32,000 nt of DNA from Hyperthermus butylicus DSM 5456 (lineage in GTDB: Archaea; Thermoproteota; Thermoprotei_A; Sulfolobales; Pyrodictiaceae): NCBI RefSeq assembly GCF_000015145.1, contig NC_008818.1, positions 570,001-602,000 on the forward strand. The letters are read 5' to 3'. Made by a program: the position numbers and the translations under genes. Positions 27,186-32,000 of the stretch are shown here, piece by piece. Numbering within the stretch: the stretch's first letter is position 1; each line of letters opens with the position of its first letter. The notes beneath the pieces were generated by a model. That model ran no database searches. It was given only the letters and a program-made list of their open reading frames with translations, and had not been told where the DNA came from.

Positions 27186-28211
27186 TTGGGCAGCAGGGAG
27201 GGGCGGGCAGTATTGATATTCGTGATATACCGTGTCATAAGGAGGTTGGTTAGAGAGCTTGCAGGCAGGATAACAATTATCCTTGTCGCGTTTGCGGGGC
27301 TTCTACTCGTTGCAGGTGCCATTTTCAGCTATGTCGAATATCGTGGCCTCTGGGAGGGCGTCTACTGGGCCTTCGTGACAGCCACGACGATAGGCTACGG
27401 CGATATATACCCGGAGACGTGGCTCGGGCGCGTCGTAGCAGTAGCAACAGCTGTAGCTGGCATAGCCCTATTTACGGCACTCATAGGCGTTGTGGCAGAC
27501 CATTTTGCCGCGAAAGCTGCCAGGGCTGAGAGGGGTGAGCTACCAGTACGCGAGAAGGGCCACATAGTGATTATGGGCTGGACACGTCATACAGAGAGAC
27601 TAGTCGAGGAGCTGCGCGCAAATCTTTCCGACAAGCACATAGTCCTGCTAAACACTGATGGCCCCGTGATACGTACAGCAAGCATTACAACCGTGCGTGG
27701 TGACCCCACGAGGACCAAGGACCAGCTAAAAGCTAGCACAGACAAGGCCTGGGCAATAGTAGTCTCTACTGGTGACGACTCAAAGACGATACTAGCAGTA
27801 CTCCACGCCAGGAGGCTCAACCCCCAAGCACTAATCGTCGCGGAGGCGCTCGAAGAGGAGAACATCGACCCGATAAGGCAGGCTGGCGCCGACCGTGTAG
27901 TATACACGGGTGGTCTTGGAGGAGACCTCCTGGCAAGCGCAGTCTTCGAGCCCTCAGTTCCACGGCTCATAGCTGACCTAGCTAGTAGTGTTGAGGGCAT
28001 AGCAGACCTTGTAGAGGAGCCCGCCACGAGCTATGCAGGCAAGACGTTCCTGGAGGCACTAGTAGAGGCTAAGAAGACCGAGGACAAGCTATTGGTAGCC
28101 GTGGTAAAGCATGACGGGATGATAATCGCAAGCCCGCCACCAGACTACCGGATAGAGGATGGCGACAAGCTAATCGTCCTAGTAAAGTCGCACAGGGAGA
28201 AGAGTAGCTGA
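27186..28211 (+). CDS. Two-TM potassium channel with RCK (TrkA-N/TrkA-C) domain
   Basis: Selectivity filter TATTIGYGDIYPETWLGR between two TM helices. Cytosolic GHIVIMGWTRHTERLVEEL followed by a TrkA-C-like end (YRIEDGDKLIVLVKS). Confidence 0.93.
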   Translation: MGSREGRAVLIFVIYRVIRRLVRELAGRITIILVAFAGLLLVAGAIFSYVEYRGLWEGVYWAFVTATTIGYGDIYPETWLGRVVAVATAVAGIALFTALIGVVADHFAAKAARAERGELPVREKGHIVIMGWTRHTERLVEELRANLSDKHIVLLNTDGPVIRTASITTVRGDPTRTKDQLKASTDKAWAIVVSTGDDSKTILAVLHARRLNPQALIVAEALEEENIDPIRQAGADRVVYTGGLGGDLLASAVFEPSVPRLIADLASSVEGIADLVEEPATSYAGKTFLEALVEAKKTEDKLLVAVVKHDGMIIASPPPDYRIEDGDKLIVLVKSHREKSS

Positions 28212-28478
28212 ACTCTAGCAAGCCGTAGCAAAAACACACAGTAAACAAGCTGGTGACGGCTTTTGGTGGATTGGCTATCCTAAAGCTTGTCCTGGAGGAC
28301 GTGGTATAGCCCGCTCCCAGAGGACGAGCAGACATGACCAGCAGGATAGCCATGCTAGACCTGGAGGCTACGTGCCTCCGCGGCCCCGCTGCCGCATAGC
28401 ATCGCTAGCCCTCATTCCCCAGGTCGCCAAGGCCTCGGCTAGGCTCCACAGTTTACGCCGTGGAACCCCTGGGAACAG

Positions 28479-28740
28479 GTGGGAGAAACAGCCCTGGTGT
28501 ATGGGGTAACCTCCAGTGACGCCCCAGGACCACAGTCAAACACCAGCCTCGACGAGGCAATTAGGGCAGCGCTAAGCTACACACTCATAGCCTACGGGGC
28601 CAACTACATCAGCCCACTCCTAGCCGAGGCCGAGAAAGGGAAGCTAAAACCCACAAGAATCTGCTACATAGACCTCCTCAGCCACCTCCTATCAAACCCA
28701 GCCTGGGGTCGTGGAAGCTTGCCTGGGGTACATACAGAAG
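28479..28740 (+). pseudogene. Possible gene relic of unknown identity next to tRNA-Ala
   Basis: The N-terminal part of ORF 28479..28832 (SLDEAIRAALSYTLIAYGANYISPLLAEAEKGKLKPTRICYIDLLSHLLSNPAWG) has protein-like composition. The C-terminal part is tRNA antisense. Confidence 0.2.
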
Positions 28741-28766
28741 GGGAACCAAGGAGGATTCGGTGGGGG

Positions 28767-28843
<77 letters not shown>

Positions 28844-28929
28844 ACCCAGCCGGAGGGGCTGGGCTCCATTAATGTTGTGTTATCGTGTTGGCTGGTGGGT
28901 CTTTATTTTTGTCGGTCTTGCTTCGGCGG

Positions 28930-30435
28930 CTAGGGTTCTAGGATTATTCTTATCCTTGCCTTCGGGTCGGGGGCTTCCAGCCTCATTGAGGTTATGAGGC
29001 TGCGGTGTGTCGTTAGGTCTATCCTTGTCTTGCCTGGGTGTAGTGTGTAGGTGTCCGTATCGGCATTGCCTGGTGGCGTGTTGAGGGTGTAGGTGTAGAC
29101 CGTTATCCTGTTTGTCTTGTTGGTTTTTACTTCGAGTTCTGCGTAACGGTAACCTGTTAGCGGTATGCCTGCAAACTGTTTGTTGTCGACAATCCAGCCC
29201 TCTAGCTCGATTACTAGGGGTGGAGGTGGGTTCGTGAGAAGCCTGCCAGCGTCGAATGCAACTATGCTTTTGCGGCTGTAGTCTATTCTGGTTGCATCGT
29301 AGCGCTCTAGGTTTGGCACGGTATTGCCTGCTATGAGCACTTTTGAACCCATCAGCGTCATACTGGTGATCCTTACTCCCAACGCGGCCACTATCCTTGC
29401 TGTGGGTGGGGATATGTAGACGAGTATTGAGGGGGCTACCGGCCTCTGGGATGCTTTCTGCTGCACCTCTGGCAGCTCATCGGTGCCCCTCACTGTGGCG
29501 TGGCTCTGGGCACTAAATGCCACTAGTAGCCCGCCGGCGAGTGGTAGAATGTTGCTTCTCAAGGGCCCGTAGGTATTATAGTGGAAGTCCATCATCCTAA
29601 CGAATACGTGTTCGTTGCCGAAGGGGTCGAAGACTATGATTCCGCCCTTAACTGCGGCGTAGAGCTTTGTGTAGGCTGCTTCTATGTCGCCGCTCCGGTA
29701 GCCCCAGAGCCCGCCGCCATCAACGCTATAGGTTTCAACGGGATCCAGCTCTACCGTTACCGTTTGGCTGTAGTTGTCAAGGTTTATGCAGTGTAGTCCA
29801 GGCCTACCGCCCCAGCCGTGGTGTAGTGTGAAGCAAGCATAGTCCATGTATATTGTGCCTCTTAGCACGCGCTTCCCTGATGCTCTCCGTGCAGCGCCCC
29901 TCCGCCGATCGATCTCGTAGACTCCAAGGTTGAAGTGTCCGTCTCCGCGGGCTGCTAGGAGGGTGTCAGTGCTTGGGTTATAGAGTAGGTCTGTAACCTC
30001 TCCGGCCCACTGGCGTTTATCGCCACCGCCCTCGAGCCATAGGAGTTTTACGCTTCTCTCTCCTGTATCGTAGGCGTGTACATGGCTATACTTGTTTGTG
30101 AAGCTTATTACCGACCTGCCATCGGCGGTGTGGAGTACGTCGGTTGGTGCGTGAACCCAGCCCCCGAAGTATATGGTGCCATCCACTGCCACGGAGGCGT
30201 TGTAGGTGTCGCCGCCGGAGCGTGGCGGCTTGCCAATGTGCTCGAAACGGTATATTCTTGTCTCGCAGTCGTCGTGGTGGAAGAATGCTATAGCTTCAAA
30301 CGCTAGGGTGTAGTAGAGGGTGCCTCGGTGGTATAGTAGGCCGTAGACCCCACCGCCTCCCCATTCTGGGGAGAGGCTATTGGATGGCAGCTCGAGCTTC
30401 GAGAGGATGCAGTCGAGCCCGGCCACACATTCCAC
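28930..30435 (-). CDS. Large beta-propeller-like protein of unknown function (possibly DUF2139-like)
   Basis: 501 aa with repeated blade-like strands (GVYGLLYHRGTLYYTLAFEAIAFF, NASVAVDGTIYFGGWVHAPTD, VTDLLYNPSTDTLLAARGDGHFNLGVYEID). No signal peptide or TM segment. The DUF2139 assignment is from memory and uncertain. Confidence 0.75.
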   Translation of the reverse strand: MECVAGLDCILSKLELPSNSLSPEWGGGGVYGLLYHRGTLYYTLAFEAIAFFHHDDCETRIYRFEHIGKPPRSGGDTYNASVAVDGTIYFGGWVHAPTDVLHTADGRSVISFTNKYSHVHAYDTGERSVKLLWLEGGGDKRQWAGEVTDLLYNPSTDTLLAARGDGHFNLGVYEIDRRRGAARRASGKRVLRGTIYMDYACFTLHHGWGGRPGLHCINLDNYSQTVTVELDPVETYSVDGGGLWGYRSGDIEAAYTKLYAAVKGGIIVFDPFGNEHVFVRMMDFHYNTYGPLRSNILPLAGGLLVAFSAQSHATVRGTDELPEVQQKASQRPVAPSILVYISPPTARIVAALGVRITSMTLMGSKVLIAGNTVPNLERYDATRIDYSRKSIVAFDAGRLLTNPPPPLVIELEGWIVDNKQFAGIPLTGYRYAELEVKTNKTNRITVYTYTLNTPPGNADTDTYTLHPGKTRIDLTTHRSLITSMRLEAPDPKARIRIILEP

Positions 30436-30439
30436 CCTC

Positions 30440-31630
30440 CTAGCCTAGGACTAGGCCCTCCGGTATGAGGCGGCCCTCCCTAAACCTGTCCGGGTTGTAG
30501 GGCTTCATGTGTGGATGCTCCTTGTCTTCGGCGATGAGTTTTGCGAGAAGCTCGCCGGCATAGGGTGCCATCATTAGGCCGTGACCGCTGTAGCCCGTGT
30601 CAACGTAGAGGCCCTCCGGCCACTCAGAGCCCCTGCCAAGCACGTGGCTGTGGTCGGGGGTTACGTTATAGGTGCCGCTCCAAGCCCGGAGGATGCGGAG
30701 GCACGAACCACCCTTCAGAAGCCTCGCTAGCAGCCGAGCAGTGGCTCGGAGCCATTCGAGGGATACACCGCCAAAGTCTAGCGTCTTCGGATCCCTGGTC
30801 TTCCCGGTTGCTATTACCTCGCCCTTCAGCGTCTGCCCAATGTATGAGCCCTCCTCGAATACTATCACTAGGGGGCCTATGGTGTAGCGGTAGGGCTCCG
30901 TCACCAGGAGGCTTTTACGGACAGGATCCAGGGGGAGATCAACGCCAGCTGTCTGGAGGAGACGGCGGCTCCAAGACCCAGCAGCAACAACCACTGTTCC
31001 AGCCCGGATGCTCCCGAAGCCCTCTACATGGACCCCAGCGACTCTGCTGCCGTTAACGAGTATCCGCTCAACCCTAGCACCCTCAACAATGGCTACGCCG
31101 TGTCTTGCAGCATAGGAGGCAAGAGCCATGGACATGTAGTCGTGGTGTAAGCTCCCATTCTGGGGACCAAAGACTCCAGCCACGAAGCCTTCAAGGTTTA
31201 TGTAGGGGTGCCGCTCAGCAACCTCCCCAATTTCGAGAAACCTTACTGGCACGCCGAGAGGCTCCCATATCTCCCTATTGACTTTACGGAGCTTCTCCAA
31301 GCTATCCTCACGTTGTACGAGCCAGAGGTAGCCCCGCCGAGCTATAACAGGGTTTACACCCGTTACCCTGGGTATTTCGAGTATCCTCCTGGCGGACTCC
31401 CTGGCGAATACAGTGTTCTCCCGGGAGAAGAAGTGTACACGGAACCTCCCAGCGTTTCTTGTCGTGGAGCCATAGAAAATGCTGTGCTGCTCGAGAACCA
31501 CAACCCTGCCAGGATACCCTATTCTTGCAAGGTAGTAGGCTAGGGCTAAGCCTGCAACGCCACCCCCAATAATAGCTATATCTGCCTCCCGTGGTGGCCT
31601 CTCCGTCACTATGCGCTGGGGGAGCGGCAC
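30440..31630 (-). CDS. FAD-dependent oxidoreductase of the DAO family (sarcosine oxidase beta/SoxB-like or dye-linked proline dehydrogenase beta-like)
   Basis: ADIAIIGGGVAGLALAYYLARIG (GxGxxG), FYGSTTRNAGRFRVHF, GTVVVAAGSWSRRLL, and C-terminal RAWSGTYNVTPDHSHVLGR...GLYVDTGYSGHGLMMAPYAGELLAKLI. Confidence 0.92.
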   Translation of the reverse strand: MPLPQRIVTERPPREADIAIIGGGVAGLALAYYLARIGYPGRVVVLEQHSIFYGSTTRNAGRFRVHFFSRENTVFARESARRILEIPRVTGVNPVIARRGYLWLVQREDSLEKLRKVNREIWEPLGVPVRFLEIGEVAERHPYINLEGFVAGVFGPQNGSLHHDYMSMALASYAARHGVAIVEGARVERILVNGSRVAGVHVEGFGSIRAGTVVVAAGSWSRRLLQTAGVDLPLDPVRKSLLVTEPYRYTIGPLVIVFEEGSYIGQTLKGEVIATGKTRDPKTLDFGGVSLEWLRATARLLARLLKGGSCLRILRAWSGTYNVTPDHSHVLGRGSEWPEGLYVDTGYSGHGLMMAPYAGELLAKLIAEDKEHPHMKPYNPDRFREGRLIPEGLVLG

Positions 31631-31650
31631 AATAGTCCACCCATCTCGGG

Positions 31651-32000
31651 CTATGCGAGTAGTGATACCTGGGGCAGGGATAGTGGGGGCCTTGCGCGGA
31701 AAACACCGATACTGTTGACGGGTACCCGGTATAGGTGCGAGAGGATGAGTGCAGCCGTGACGGCGCTGAATCGCCCCTGCTCCAGCCCGGTGCCGAGCCC
31801 AGTAGCTCTCTTCAACAGCTCCATCCCATGGTAACCCCTCTCCCAGGCCTCAATGACGTCTCCAAGCACGATATCCTCGTCGAGATCCACAAATTGTAGT
31901 CCCTTGACGCTGCTTGACAGTAGGACCGGCGGCCTAGTAGCCACGTCGGTGCTGTCGGGGCTGCAGCCAGCGATGCGCGACACCCTCCTATAGGCTTGGT
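31651..32000 (-). CDS. C-terminal part of a SoxA-like alpha subunit with cysteine-free BFD-like domain, probably running off the right window edge
   Basis: FVDLDEDIVLGDVIEAWERGYHGMELLKRATGLGTGLEQGRFSAVTAALILSHLYRVPVNSIGVFRARPPLSLPQVSLLA parallels the SoxA segment AFVDFQ-DVT...GF-S-EHLKRYT-LGM-TDQGK...FRPP-TP. The frame is open upstream of GTG 31983 to base 32000. Confidence 0.65.
   Translation of the reverse strand, partial: QAYRRVSRIAGCSPDSTDVATRPPVLLSSSVKGLQFVDLDEDIVLGDVIEAWERGYHGMELLKRATGLGTGLEQGRFSAVTAALILSHLYRVPVNSIGVFRARPPLSLPQVSLLA

Noticed and set aside
27587-28353. Minus-strand ORFs opposite the K+ channel gene and its 3' flank (27587-28027, 28069-28353)
   Set aside because: Antisense shadows with Ser/Ala/Arg-rich composition and no motifs. 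The plus-strand RCK domain is unambiguous.
31651-31983. A [2Fe-2S] BFD ferredoxin-like protein
   Set aside because: The fold resemblance is there, but the ligand cysteines are absent, so an iron-sulfur assignment is not supported. The SoxA-like interpretation fits better.

Overview
The window looks like hyperthermophilic crenarchaeal DNA, probably Desulfurococcales/Pyrodictiaceae. That is inferred from gene content, archaeal TATA-like boxes and a tRNA with encoded CCA, not from a database search. Supported content: a DUF5320-like gene tail, an ArsB/NhaD-type permease, a frameshifted GNAT gene, sfsA, a carbon-nitrogen hydrolase, a DUF996-like membrane protein, a Dpp/Opp-type peptide ABC locus, a two-domain UspA, a frameshifted nucleoside phosphorylase, tmcA, a Liv-type branched-chain amino-acid ABC locus, an archaemetzincin, an M29 aminopeptidase, a 2TM K+ channel with RCK domain, tRNA-Ala(GGC), a large beta-propeller-like unknown protein, and a SoxB/SoxA-like flavoprotein pair at the right edge. 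The most unusual observation is that the peptide-binding protein (10945..13164) appears circularly permuted. The segment that normally ends family-5 solute-binding proteins sits directly behind the N-terminal membrane anchor and stalk, and the ORF stops where that segment would normally begin. Secondary points are the SoxA-like subunit whose BFD-type domain lacks cysteines and which is next to an unknown propeller gene, two conserved genes each broken by two frameshifts, divergent SBP/permease architecture at both ABC loci with candidate operators between the genes, and small gene relics. No CRISPR array, transposon or obvious defence system was seen.
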